Shown here piece by piece: positions 17,549 through 28,258 of a DNA stretch of 64,000 nucleotides. Each line of letters begins with the position of its first letter. Within the stretch, counting starts at the first letter, position 1. A program made the translations under genes and the position numbers. The stretch comes from an uncultured bacterium. Lineage in GTDB: Bacteria; Actinomycetota; Actinomycetes; JAVEEB01. The notes under the pieces were generated by a model that saw only the letters and a program-made list of their open reading frames with translations, was not told the origin of the DNA and searched no databases. The DNA lies in the NCBI GenBank assembly GCA_964236265.1, contig CAXSDE010000004.1:32331-96330 (forward strand), read 5' to 3'.

Positions 17549-19176
17549 AGGGCCGCCGCCCCGCGGCACCGGACGTCGGCGACCGGCTCACCGCCCTCGA
17601 AGCGGTGCTGTCCGACGCCGACGGACGCCTGTCGGCGGCGGACGTGGCGGATGCGCGCGCAGTGCTCTCCCGCGCCGGCGAGCGGCTGCGGATCGCGGGG
17701 CGGCACACCGTCGTGGCGCTCGCAGGAGCCACCGGCAGCGGCAAGTCCTCCCTGTTCAACGCCATCACGGGGACGCAAACCGCCCGCGTCGGGGTGACGC
17801 GACCGACCACGTCGACCCCGCACGCGGCGGTGTGGGGGGCAGACCCGGCGGCCGCCCTGCTCGAACGGCTGGGTGTCCCGGCCGGCGACATCACGGCACT
17901 GCCGCCCCGCGCCGTCGACGGCGACGGGCGTGCCGACGGGCACGGGCTCGCCGACGGGCTCGTGCTCGTCGACCTGCCCGACTTCGACTCCACCGAGCGC
18001 GGCAACCGCGCTCAGGTCGACCGGCTGCTCGATCTCGTCGACCTGTTCGTGTGGGTCGTCGACCCGCAGAAGTATGCCGACGGCGTCCTGCATGAGGACT
18101 ACCTGCGGCCGCTGTCGTCGTACGCCGAAGTCATGGTCGTCGTGTTCAACCAGATCGACCGGGTGACGGCCGCGCAGGCCGGTCAATGCCTCGCCGACCT
18201 GGGCGGTCTGCTGCGGGCCGATGGCCTGGCCGGCGTGCCGATCGTCGCCACGTCCGCACGCACCGGCGCCGGTCTGGTCGAGCTGCAGACGCTGCTGACG
18301 GGAGCCGTCGAGCGCCACGAGGCGCACGTCGCCCGCATCACGGCGGACGTCGCGCGCGTGACCGCGAGGCTCGCCGATCAGGTGGCGGGCGGCGACCCGG
18401 CGACGATCGGCCGCGGGGAGCGGGCGCAGCTCATCGCGGCGCTCGAAGTCGCCGCGGGAGCGCCGGGGTTGGCCGCGGCCGCAGGGGCGTCGTACCGGCG
18501 GGAGGCGGCGCTGCGCACCGGCTGGCCCGTGACGCGCTGGGTGGGCCGGTTGCGCCGCGACCCGCTGCGGGCGCTCGGCCGTGGTCGCGCCCCCGCGGTC
18601 GCGCCGACGGCAGCGGCCGGCGGTGCGGCGACGGTGGGACAGGCGCAGCTCGCCAACGCGGTGCGCGCCGTCGTCACCGGCGTGAGCGACAGCGTGCCGG
18701 CCGCGTGGCAGCCGTCCGTGCGCCGGGCGGTGGGCAGTGATGACCGGCGCCTGGGAATGGCCGTGCAGGAGGCGGTGGCACCGACGGCGATCCCGGTCGT
18801 GCGCCCCCGGTCGTGGTGGCGGGTGCTCGGCGCCGTGCAGCTCGTGCTGGTGCTCGCGCTGCTCGCCGGCGTCGTCTGGCTGGGCGTGCTCGCCGCCCTC
18901 CAGTATTTCCGGCTGCCGGATCCGCCCATGTATGAATGGCACCGCGTTCCGTTGCCCACCTGGCTCGTCGCCGGGGGTGCGCTCGCCGGCCTACTGGTCG
19001 CGCTCGTCGGTCGCCTGTTCGCGCGGGTCGGCGGCCGCCGCCGCAGTCGGCAGGTGCGTGCGTTGCTGCACGAACGGCTCGCCGCGGTCGCCCGCACGAC
19101 GGTGATCGACCCGCTGGTGGCGGAGCTGGCGACGCTCGAGCGCGTCCGGGCGGGGTTGCGCCGCGCGGCCGGCTGA
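17545..19176 (+). CDS. dynamin-like / MMR_HSR1-type GTPase (paralog 2, with C-terminal TM helices)
   Basis: GTG start overlaps the upstream stop (GTGA). P-loop AGATGSGKSSLFNAITG and VLVDLPDFDS. Two hydrophobic helices near the C-terminus (WWRVLGAVQLVLVLALLAGVVWLGVL, WLVAGGALAGLLVALV). Confidence 0.7.
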   Translation: MKGRRPAAPDVGDRLTALEAVLSDADGRLSAADVADARAVLSRAGERLRIAGRHTVVALAGATGSGKSSLFNAITGTQTARVGVTRPTTSTPHAAVWGADPAAALLERLGVPAGDITALPPRAVDGDGRADGHGLADGLVLVDLPDFDSTERGNRAQVDRLLDLVDLFVWVVDPQKYADGVLHEDYLRPLSSYAEVMVVVFNQIDRVTAAQAGQCLADLGGLLRADGLAGVPIVATSARTGAGLVELQTLLTGAVERHEAHVARITADVARVTARLADQVAGGDPATIGRGERAQLIAALEVAAGAPGLAAAAGASYRREAALRTGWPVTRWVGRLRRDPLRALGRGRAPAVAPTAAAGGAATVGQAQLANAVRAVVTGVSDSVPAAWQPSVRRAVGSDDRRLGMAVQEAVAPTAIPVVRPRSWWRVLGAVQLVLVLALLAGVVWLGVLAALQYFRLPDPPMYEWHRVPLPTWLVAGGALAGLLVALVGRLFARVGGRRRSRQVRALLHERLAAVARTTVIDPLVAELATLERVRAGLRRAAG

Positions 19177-19185
19177 CGCCGCGGA

Positions 19186-19951
19186 TCAGAAGCCGGGAAA
19201 GACGGCCTTCACGTCATCGAACGACACACCGGCCGCGTCGAGGACGGCGCCATCGGCGCCGTCGAGCCGTCCGTAGACCAGGCGGATGAGCTGTTCGGCC
19301 GGCAGCGTCAGCGTGCCGTCCGCCTGCTCTGGGGCCCCGGCGGTCAGCGTCGAGGACTCGCCGCCCCGCAGCGCGAACTCGCGTCCCGGGCCCGTCGTCG
19401 TGACCGCCAGCGTGAAGGTCTTGTCGCTCGGCTTGGCTGCCCAGCGCGCGGTGCGCGGTGCGCGTGTCGACGAGCAGCGCCGACGCGTCTGCGCTGAGGA
19501 CCGCGCCCGGCTCACGCATCACAGCGATGTCCCACGTGTGCACGGCGTGCTCGGCAAGGCGGATGCCGACAACCCCCGCGAGGTCGAACTCCATCCCGAG
19601 CCACGACAGGTGCGCCGACTCGCGCTCCGCCGGCGGGATGTCCAGCAGGCGCTGCACGGCGGCGGCGTCGGTCGAAATGGCGTCGGCGGCCTTCTCCTCG
19701 GGCGTCTTGGCGTTCCAGCGGTCCCAGATCGGCTGCATCTGCTGGCCGCCGGGCGCCTCGCCGCCGGTGAGGGCCGCCGTCGTCATGAGGGCGCTGTGTT
19801 CGGCGCCGCTGCCGAGGTGGGACAGGACGTCCGCGATGGTCCATTCGCGTACGACGGGCTGCGCACGTCGTCGGCGCCCAGATCCGCCGCCAGCTTCGCG
19901 AGGCGCTGGTGCGAGTTGCGCAGGGCGTCGGTCCAGGGCTGGGCGTCACTC
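19186..19951 (-). pseudogene. mycothiol-dependent maleylpyruvate-isomerase-like (DinB_2 / TIGR03083 family) gene with two frameshifts
   Basis: Three successive frames carry the N-terminal (MSDAQPWTDALRNSHQRLAKLAADL), middle (EWTIADVLSHLGSGAEH... inferred, ...MTTAALTGGEAPGG) and C-terminal (KTFTLAVTTTGPGREFAL...LIRLVYGRLD) parts of one family member. Confidence 0.55.
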
Positions 19952-20004
19952 ATGTGCGGGTCCTCCGGGTGCAGGGGGCGAAAACGTCGTACAGGAAAGG
20001 ATTG

Positions 20005-20330
20005 TCAGACGGCGCAGGCGGCGTCGATGCACGACGCGTCGTCGCCCCCGCCGGCCATGACGATGGGGTGGGCTGACGCCCAGGCTTGCCGCAACATGCC
20101 GAGTGGCACGTCCGCGGGCTGCGCCGGAGAGCCGTAGCGCCGGTCGGCGACGAAGAACGGCACGCCGCTGATGCCGAGCGCCGGCGCCTCGGCGATGCCC
20201 GCGGCGAGGTGGAGAACGCGGTGCACGTCGAGCGTGTTGCCCGAGAGTCGGACCAGATCTCGACCTGCACGGGGCGCCTCCACGAAGTTGAGCGTTAACG
20301 TCACCCAACGCGCGGCGATCGCCGATCCTT
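20005..20330 (-). pseudogene. DsbA/FrnE-like thioredoxin-fold gene fragment (C-terminal part only)
   Basis: ISGVPFFVADRRYGSPAQPADVPLGMLRQA resembles the FrnE/DsbA C-terminus. Sequence upstream in the same frame is non-coding-like. Confidence 0.3.
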
Positions 20331-20453
20331 CCGCACTCCGTCGTTGGAGGAAACCTCCAGAACCGCCGGGTGAACGCGGTGCCCTACCGGCATCGGCAGC
20401 GCCTGCCGGCGCCGACACGATGCTCCTCGGCAACGACATCCACTGGAGGAACC

Positions 20454-21044
20454 ATGACGACATTTCTGCCGCCGCTCGCTGGGCGCCGCCGGGTGCTGGC
20501 GGACGCGTGGGCGCCCCGGGTGTCCCCGGCTGCGCGTTCCGCGGCACTCGTGGTGGCCGGGGCCGCTCTGGTCGGCCTGTGCGCCCAGCTGTCGCTGCGT
20601 GTGCCGGGCACGCCCGTGCCGGTGACCGGCCAGACGTTCGCGGTGCTGCTCGTCGGGGCCGCGCTCGGCTGGCGGGACGCCGGCCTGTCGATGGCGCTCT
20701 ATGCGGTTGCCGGGAGTCTCGGGGTGCCCTGGTTCGCGCACGGCGGGTCCGGGTGGGCGGTGACCTTCGGCTACGTGCTCGGGTTCGTCGTGGCCGCCGC
20801 GGTGGTGGGGCGCCTCGCCGAGCGGGGCGGCGACCGGTCCCCGCTGCGGACGGCCACCACGATGGTGCTCGGGACGGCGCTGATCTATGCCATCGGCGTG
20901 CCGTGGCTCGCGCATGCCGTGCACGTGTCCCTGCCCCGCGCGTGGGCCCTCGGTGCGCGACCCTTCCTCGTCGGCGACGCGCTCAAGGTGCTGCTGGCGG
21001 CCGGGCTGTTGCCCGGAGCGTGGGCGGCCCTGCATCGCCGCTGA
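20454..21044 (+). CDS. bioY: biotin transporter BioY
   Basis: ATG after GGAGG. The 196 aa sequence carries BioY hallmarks (VPGTPVPVTGQTFAVLLVGAALG...GVPWFAHGGSG...GYVLGF). Confidence 0.85.
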   Translation: MTTFLPPLAGRRRVLADAWAPRVSPAARSAALVVAGAALVGLCAQLSLRVPGTPVPVTGQTFAVLLVGAALGWRDAGLSMALYAVAGSLGVPWFAHGGSGWAVTFGYVLGFVVAAAVVGRLAERGGDRSPLRTATTMVLGTALIYAIGVPWLAHAVHVSLPRAWALGARPFLVGDALKVLLAAGLLPGAWAALHRR

Positions 21045-21360
21045 CCGTGACCGGTCCCCGACACGGCGACGTGTCAGGCTGCGGAACACGACGGCAGCGT
21101 CGCGCTCGCGGTGGGAGGCGGGCCCGCCGCATCGTGGGTCGAGTCGTGGGACAGCGCAAGATCGGTACGGCGATGGCGGCCGCCGTTGCGCAAGCGGTCA
21201 CTGCCGCCGTCACGACGCGTCGGCGACGCACGCTGCGGCGAGCGGCCGACACCAGCCGGCCCACCGGGGCGTCGGGCGAGGACCCGTCGGCGGCCGCCCG
21301 CAGGAGGGTGCGGATGCGTTCGTCGTCAGCCATGGCGCGGTTCCGTTTCCTCGTGGTCGT

Positions 21361-21540
21361 CAGCCTCCGACAGGTCCTCGAAGTAGCGCAGGACGAGCAC
21401 CGCCCGCTGCTGCGGAGGAAGGGCAGCTTCTCGGTGGGGCGCTCGTCACCCCTGAGCAGGAAGCCCAGCCGCGCGAGCCCGTCGTACCGGAGCCGCACGA
21501 ACTCACTGAACTGCTCGTCGCGCGCTCCCGACGGACCCAT
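21361..21540 (-). pseudogene. remnant of an ECF (SigE-family) sigma factor, with the start of a downstream anti-sigma-like ORF
   Basis: Region-2-like FSEFVRLRYDGLARLGFLLRGDERPTE is followed, after a frameshift, by region-4-like QRAVLVLRYFEDLSEA and a stop. An adjacent MADDERIRTLLRAAADGSSPD... resembles anti-sigma N-termini but runs into non-coding sequence. Confidence 0.3.
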
Positions 21541-21630
21541 GCACCCCTCCTCCCTGGAAGAGACGCTGGAGGGCGCCGACGGTTCCGTGGACGAGGCACG
21601 GGATCCGGCGGCCGCGCCCGCCGGTGTCGC

Positions 21631-22503
21631 TCACGGCAGGGCGCGCTCCACGGGGATCCACAGTTCGGCCTCCGCGGTGCTGCCATCGGCTGAGATGCGG
21701 GTGCGGAGGATCTCCGGCCCCGGCCGGCTGCGGTAGGGGTTGGCGGGGAACCACTGCGTGAACACGTCGCGCCAGAGGTTCTGCACGGCCGCGGGGAACG
21801 GGCCGTCGCTGTCGAAGACCGCCCAGCTGCCGGCGGCGACATCAATCGAGTCGAGTGAGTCCGGCACCGGCGCAGACGTGGCGACGCCGAGGAAATAGTC
21901 GTAGTCGGTGCCTTCTTGCGTGCGGTCGACGATGTTGTCGCTCACGCTCACGACGCCGGCGGGGTCCTGGTCGCCCAGCGCCTTGATCTGCGCCAGTTGG
22001 GCGGGGTCGATGCCGCGGATGAAGTCCGTCACCGCCGGGTTGAGGCCTTCGTGGACCAACGGGACGCGCGCCCGGCGGCCCGCAATCCGGAAGCTGTCCT
22101 TCTCGACGAGGCGATATCGCATGCTGCTACTTCCTTCGACGGTGAGACGAAAGGACATGCGGGGTTGGGACGACAGCGCCGCTCCTGCGCGGCGCACCTC
22201 GCCGGGCCCGACCCCGTGCACGGCCCGGAAGGCGCGGGCGAAGGCCTCGCCCGACCCGTAGCCGTACCGGATGGCCACATCGAGCAGGGACGTGCGGTCC
22301 GCGAGAACCTCCGCGGCGGCCACTGTGAGGCGGCGGCGGCGGACGTACTCGGACAGCGGCATCCCGGAGAGCGCGGAGAACATGCGGCGAAAGTGGTATT
22401 CCGACGTCAGGGCGATGCGCGCGAGCTCGGCCACATCGATCGGCTGATCGAGGTGGCTCTCGATGTGGTCCAGGGCCTGGTTCAGTCGATCCAACACCTG
22501 CAC
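21631..22503 (-). CDS. AraC-family transcriptional regulator with GyrI-like effector domain
   Basis: AraC HTH (AELARIALTSEYHFRRMFSALSGMPLSEYVRRRRL...) plus a GyrI-like C-terminal domain. 290 aa. Confidence 0.85.
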   Translation of the reverse strand: MQVLDRLNQALDHIESHLDQPIDVAELARIALTSEYHFRRMFSALSGMPLSEYVRRRRLTVAAAEVLADRTSLLDVAIRYGYGSGEAFARAFRAVHGVGPGEVRRAGAALSSQPRMSFRLTVEGSSSMRYRLVEKDSFRIAGRRARVPLVHEGLNPAVTDFIRGIDPAQLAQIKALGDQDPAGVVSVSDNIVDRTQEGTDYDYFLGVATSAPVPDSLDSIDVAAGSWAVFDSDGPFPAAVQNLWRDVFTQWFPANPYRSRPGPEILRTRISADGSTAEAELWIPVERALP

Positions 22504-22601
22504 TCCTTCGGTGGGGCTCCTGACGCTAGGGCGCTCGCTGTCGGCTGACCCGACATCTGTGGCCCGGCGCTGTCGGGATGACCCCGTGGACGACCCTGCG
22601 C

Positions 22602-22627
22602 TTGCACTCGGCAGGGTCGAGTGCTAA
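22602..22627 (+). promoter_or_regulatory. CIRCE element (HrcA operator) 1 upstream of groEL
   Basis: TTGCACTC-N9-GAGTGCTAA is a near-perfect match to the CIRCE consensus TTAGCACTC-N9-GAGTGCTAA. Confidence 0.8.
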
Positions 22628-22637
22628 ACCTGAGAGC

Positions 22638-22663
22638 TGGCACTCGCACCAGTCGAGTGACAA
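22638..22663 (+). promoter_or_regulatory. CIRCE-like element 2 (degenerate)
   Basis: TGGCACTC-N9-GAGTGACAA. Tandem CIRCE copies are typical upstream of actinobacterial groEL2. Confidence 0.55.
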
Positions 22664-22667
22664 CTGA

Positions 22668-24398
<1,731 letters not shown>

Positions 24399-24461
24399 GT
24401 CCAGCAACAGTTTGACGGTCCGCGGTTTGCAACTGTAGGCAGTTGCAAACCGCGGACCGTG

Positions 24462-26042
24462 CTACTTGGCGCCGGCGGGAGTGATCTCCCAGGTGATGTT
24501 GTCGCCGTGCTGCTGCGTCCAGAAGATGCGCCAGCCGTTGGCGAACGGGGTCGGCACCCGCGTGCCGAGCAGCCCGCCGATCGTCGGGTCGCCGTTGGAC
24601 GTGTGGATGCCGGTGATCTCGTTGTCACCGTCGTTGTAGCCCGGCGACGTGAGCGCGTCGTACGTGGCGGAAGCGTCGCGGCCCTCGGCGAGCAACCGCA
24701 GCGTCGGAGTCGCCTCGTGCTCCTTGTGCACGTTGATGACGTACATGGAGTCGAGGGCGTTGCGCTGCTGGTGCAAGCCGTCCCCGGCGTCCTCGACGAC
24801 GATCACGTCGTCATGGCCGGCGAAGGAGATGTTGTCGAAGCCGGTGTGCTCGACGTCGCCTATCGTGACCGGCCACAGCTTGCCCGACTTCGCGCTCGGC
24901 GTGTCCTGCTGCAGCGCGAAGATCCCGCCGAACGCACCCGGAAGCGGGCTGGCGGAGTTGGTGTCGCCGGTCTCGGTGAAGTAGAACTGCCGGAAGCCGT
25001 TGCCGGGCCGGAAGACGCCGTTCTCCGGGCGCTTGAACGGAGTCGCGCCGGCCGCCGCTGCACCCTTCGTGGAGTTGAAACCGGCGGGGTCGGTGAGCGT
25101 CGTTGCGGAGTTGACCGTCACCCAGTCCGTCGCGAACGTGTTGCCGAGCGTGTGCAGCGCCGTCACGAACGGATCCGCGGGGTTGGCGGCGAGCTCGGCG
25201 GCGGTGACGGGAGCGCCACCCTCGCGGTGCACGCGCAGCGCCTCGAGCGTGCCACCGGCGGTCAGATCAGCCTTGTTGACCGGGCGGAAGCGGTAGACGT
25301 AGCTGTTGGGCGCCTTGCCCTTGCCGTTGGCGCCCGCCGCCGCGCCGCCGATGTCCTCGACGAGCCAGATGTTGCCGTCGCTGTCGTTCTGCACGCCTTC
25401 GTAACCACCGGAACCCAGGGCGGGAACGCGCGTCGCCGTCCCTGCGGTGGGGTTGCCGGCGTCGTCGAGCGTGACCGCCCAGACACCGCCGACCGGATAC
25501 TTGGCCTCGGACGTCAGGAACAGCTGGTGCGTCCACGGGTCCCACGTGATGCCGTCGAAGGACGGCAGCGGGGCGCCCGCGGCGTCGACGTCGGCGACGA
25601 GCGAGACCTTGAGCGTCGGGTCCGTCTGATCGAGGTCGACCCGCGTGACGTAACCGCGCGGGGCACCCTCGTGGCCCTGGTAGAGGTAGTGGTGGCCGCC
25701 GACCGCGAGGTAGACGTTCTTGTCGGGCTCGGTTTTGAACGCTTCCTTCGGGTCCTGCGTCAGCGGACCGCCGTTGGAGGTGTTGTAGCCGTAGTGCGTG
25801 ATGCCACCGGCCGTGTCGGCGTTGCCGAGGCGCAGGGCACCCCAGGCGACCGGGTTCTCGTCGAGGCCCGAGATGAGGCGGTTGTCCTGCACGCCGACGC
25901 GGGCGTTGGCGTCGGGCGTCACCCCGGCGGCGATGGTGCTGCGCCAATCAGCGACGGCCGGTGCCGACACTGCGGAGATGCTGGTCGCGACGGCCAGGCC
26001 GAGGCCTGCTGCCATCGCGCCGTACGTGGGAATCGAGCGCAT
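24462..26042 (-). CDS. secreted PhoX/DUF839-like protein (putative phosphatase)
   Basis: Signal peptide MRSIPTYGAMAAGLGLAVATSISAVSA. DUF839-like blocks (GITWDPWT...LFLTSE, FKRPENGVFRPG, GFDNISF). Start chosen at the second ATG because of GGAAGG spacing. Confidence 0.5.
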   Translation of the reverse strand: MRSIPTYGAMAAGLGLAVATSISAVSAPAVADWRSTIAAGVTPDANARVGVQDNRLISGLDENPVAWGALRLGNADTAGGITHYGYNTSNGGPLTQDPKEAFKTEPDKNVYLAVGGHHYLYQGHEGAPRGYVTRVDLDQTDPTLKVSLVADVDAAGAPLPSFDGITWDPWTHQLFLTSEAKYPVGGVWAVTLDDAGNPTAGTATRVPALGSGGYEGVQNDSDGNIWLVEDIGGAAAGANGKGKAPNSYVYRFRPVNKADLTAGGTLEALRVHREGGAPVTAAELAANPADPFVTALHTLGNTFATDWVTVNSATTLTDPAGFNSTKGAAAAGATPFKRPENGVFRPGNGFRQFYFTETGDTNSASPLPGAFGGIFALQQDTPSAKSGKLWPVTIGDVEHTGFDNISFAGHDDVIVVEDAGDGLHQQRNALDSMYVINVHKEHEATPTLRLLAEGRDASATYDALTSPGYNDGDNEITGIHTSNGDPTIGGLLGTRVPTPFANGWRIFWTQQHGDNITWEITPAGAK

Positions 26043-26253
26043 GCCCATCCTTCCGGAAGTGCGGCCCCGGGTGGACCGCTGCACCGCTCAAGCAACTCCG
26101 CTCAGACGTCGTGGCGGCGACGGGAAGGTGGCCTGCGGGTGGACGGTAGGCGAAAGCTGCGCATGGCTTTACCTGCTCGCACAGGAGCGGGGAGCGCCGT
26201 AGCCTAAGCTGACGCAAGTTTTCCCGCCCCCCATCGATGACGAGGTTCCCGCG

Positions 26254-26655
26254 GTGCCCACCGGCAAGGTCAAGTGGTACGACGCAGCAAAGGGTTTCGG
26301 CTTCGTCTCACGCGACGACGGCGAAGGCGATGTCTTCGTGCCCAAGGCGTCCCTGCCCGCGGGCGTCGAGGAGCTCAAGGCCGGCGCCAAGATCGAGTTC
26401 GGCGTCGTGGACAGCCGGCGAGGCCAGCAGGCGATGACCGTGCACCTGATCGACGCGCCGAAGAGCGTCGTCGCGGCGCAGGCGGAGCTCAAGCGGCGCG
26501 ACCCCGACCAGCTGCACGGCATGATCGAGGACATGGTCAAGGTGCTGGAGTCGGCGGTGCAGGAGGACCTGCGCCGCGGCAAATACCCGGACCGCAAGAC
26601 GGCACAGAAGGTCGCCGAGCTCATGCACGCGGTGGCCCGCGACCTCGAGATCTAG
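26254..26655 (+). CDS. cold-shock-domain protein with C-terminal extension (CspB-like)
   Basis: N-terminal CSD (GKVKWYDAAKGFGFVSRDDGEGDVFV) plus an about 65 aa helical extension, as in mycobacterial CspB. Confidence 0.85.
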   Translation: MPTGKVKWYDAAKGFGFVSRDDGEGDVFVPKASLPAGVEELKAGAKIEFGVVDSRRGQQAMTVHLIDAPKSVVAAQAELKRRDPDQLHGMIEDMVKVLESAVQEDLRRGKYPDRKTAQKVAELMHAVARDLEI

Positions 26656-26658
26656 CGG

Positions 26659-27369
26659 GTGACGCGGTCGGCTCTCGAGCGGGCCGCTGAGCACTGGGGT
26701 GGCTTGCTCGGCGTGGATCCGGCGTTCGTCGCCGACGACAACGTGGTCATCGTGCCGTCCGACGGTGACATCGCCGTCCTGGCTCTCGGCAGCGGGTGCG
26801 TCGTGTCGGCGCCGGTCTCACTCCACGACCGGCTGGCGGCGCTCCCGCGTGCTGTGTTCGGCGACGTCCACGCGCTCGCCGACTCCTTCGCCGACCTCGG
26901 GGCCCGCCCCTTTCGTGATGTCGGTACGGCGTCGCTCTCCTATCTCGAGGAACGCGATTTCGTGGATGTCGCGCCGTCGCGAGCGGTCAGGCCCGCGAGC
27001 CCCCAGGACATTGCCGTCGTGTTGGCTCAGTGCTCGGCGGACGACATCGACGAAGCAGCGGTCGGCCGCGACGACAGTGTCGTCGTCGCCGTCACCCCCG
27101 CGGGCGCACCGGCCGCACTGGCGACGACCGAATACTGGGGCGCGCACGTCGGGCACCTCGGCGTGCTGACGGCGCCCGGTTGCCGGGGCTCGGGATACGC
27201 CACGGCTGCCGCGGCCGGGGCGACCCGCGACGTGCTGACCCGCGGGTTGCTGCCGCAATGGCGGGCCGCCGCGGGTCACGCGGCGTCGTTGTCGATCGCA
27301 CGGCGGCTGGGCTTCGTCGCACTCGGTCAGCAGTCGCTGGTGCTTCTCACGCGCGGCCCAGCGCTCTAG
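26659..27369 (+). CDS. hypothetical protein, possibly GNAT-like acetyltransferase fold
   Basis: 236 aa ORF with coding-like composition. Weak GNAT motif-A-like RGSGYATAAAAGA. Low confidence on function. Confidence 0.4.
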   Translation: MTRSALERAAEHWGGLLGVDPAFVADDNVVIVPSDGDIAVLALGSGCVVSAPVSLHDRLAALPRAVFGDVHALADSFADLGARPFRDVGTASLSYLEERDFVDVAPSRAVRPASPQDIAVVLAQCSADDIDEAAVGRDDSVVVAVTPAGAPAALATTEYWGAHVGHLGVLTAPGCRGSGYATAAAAGATRDVLTRGLLPQWRAAAGHAASLSIARRLGFVALGQQSLVLLTRGPAL

Positions 27370-27439
27370 CGTCGGTGCGGACGTCGCCCAACGGAGTGAC
27401 GCGTGCACAAGCGATTCACCGCGCCGCCGGCAGGCAGAA

Positions 27440-28258
27440 TCAGCTGCGCAGCGCCGCGGGGTCGACGCGTGGCAGCAGCCCCGCGTCGGCGGCCCGCCCG
27501 AGCAGCGCCTCGATCGCCGCATACCCCTCGTCGCCGAGCTCGGCGCTGAACGACGTCACGTAGGTCGCGATGTGCGCCGACTCCACCTCGGGGCTCATCT
27601 CCTGCGCGTGATCGGCGACGAAGGCGGCGCTGTCAGCCGGGTGCGCCCACGCGTGCTCGACCGAGCCGCGCAGCGCCGCAACGAGCGGCGCCGGGTCCAG
27701 TGAGCGGCGGGCGATGATCGCGCCGAGCGGGATCGGCAAGCCCGTCTCGCCCTCCCACCACGCGCCGAGGTCGACCACCGCCTCGAGCCCGAACGTCGAA
27801 AAAGTGAAGCGGGCCTCGTGAATCACGAGCCCGAGATCGACCTCGCCCGCAGCGACGGCCGGCATGATCTTCTCGAACGGCAGCACCGCGATCTCGCCTG
27901 CGTCGCTCGCGGCCCACAGCCGGTAGAGCAGGTAGGCCGTCGTCCGGTCGCCCGGGATCGCGACGCGCGACCCGCTGACGGGTCGCGCCGTGTCGCCGGC
28001 CCGGGACAACACGAGCGGCCCGCACCCGCGACCGAGCGCCCCGCCGGCGGGGAGCAAGCGGTAGTTGTCGAGGACGTACGGCAAGGCGGCGTACGAAATC
28101 TTGAGCACGTCGGCCTCGCCGCGCTCGGCCATGCCGTTCGCGACGTCGACGTCATGAAAATCGAGCGTCACGGTCGGAGCGCCGGGCACGAGCCCGTGCA
28201 GCCACGCGTGCACGATGAACGTGTCGTTGGGACACGGCGATACGACCAGGCTCACCAC
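27440..28258 (-). CDS. mqnD: 1,4-dihydroxy-6-naphthoate synthase (futalosine pathway, MqnA/MqnD family)
   Basis: N-terminus VSLVVSPCPNDTFIVHAWLHG...DVLKISYAALPYVLDNYRLL is the MqnD signature. GTG start overlaps the mqnB stop (GTGGTGA). The six-frame ORF is over-extended upstream. Confidence 0.8.
   Translation of the reverse strand: MVSLVVSPCPNDTFIVHAWLHGLVPGAPTVTLDFHDVDVANGMAERGEADVLKISYAALPYVLDNYRLLPAGGALGRGCGPLVLSRAGDTARPVSGSRVAIPGDRTTAYLLYRLWAASDAGEIAVLPFEKIMPAVAAGEVDLGLVIHEARFTFSTFGLEAVVDLGAWWEGETGLPIPLGAIIARRSLDPAPLVAALRGSVEHAWAHPADSAAFVADHAQEMSPEVESAHIATYVTSFSAELGDEGYAAIEALLGRAADAGLLPRVDPAALRS

Noticed and set aside
16106-18942. Long minus-strand ORFs (487 aa and 490 aa) opposite the two GTPase genes
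   Set aside because: The composition is dominated by R/G/P/A and no domains are recognisable. The plus-strand genes have clear P-loop motifs. These are antisense artefacts.
20281-20400. Possible BioQ/BirA operator upstream of bioY (TGAAC-N3-GTKCC and a CGTTAACG palindrome)
   Set aside because: There are two mismatches to the TGAAC-N3-GTTCA consensus and the palindrome is only 8 bp. This is too weak to call without comparative data.
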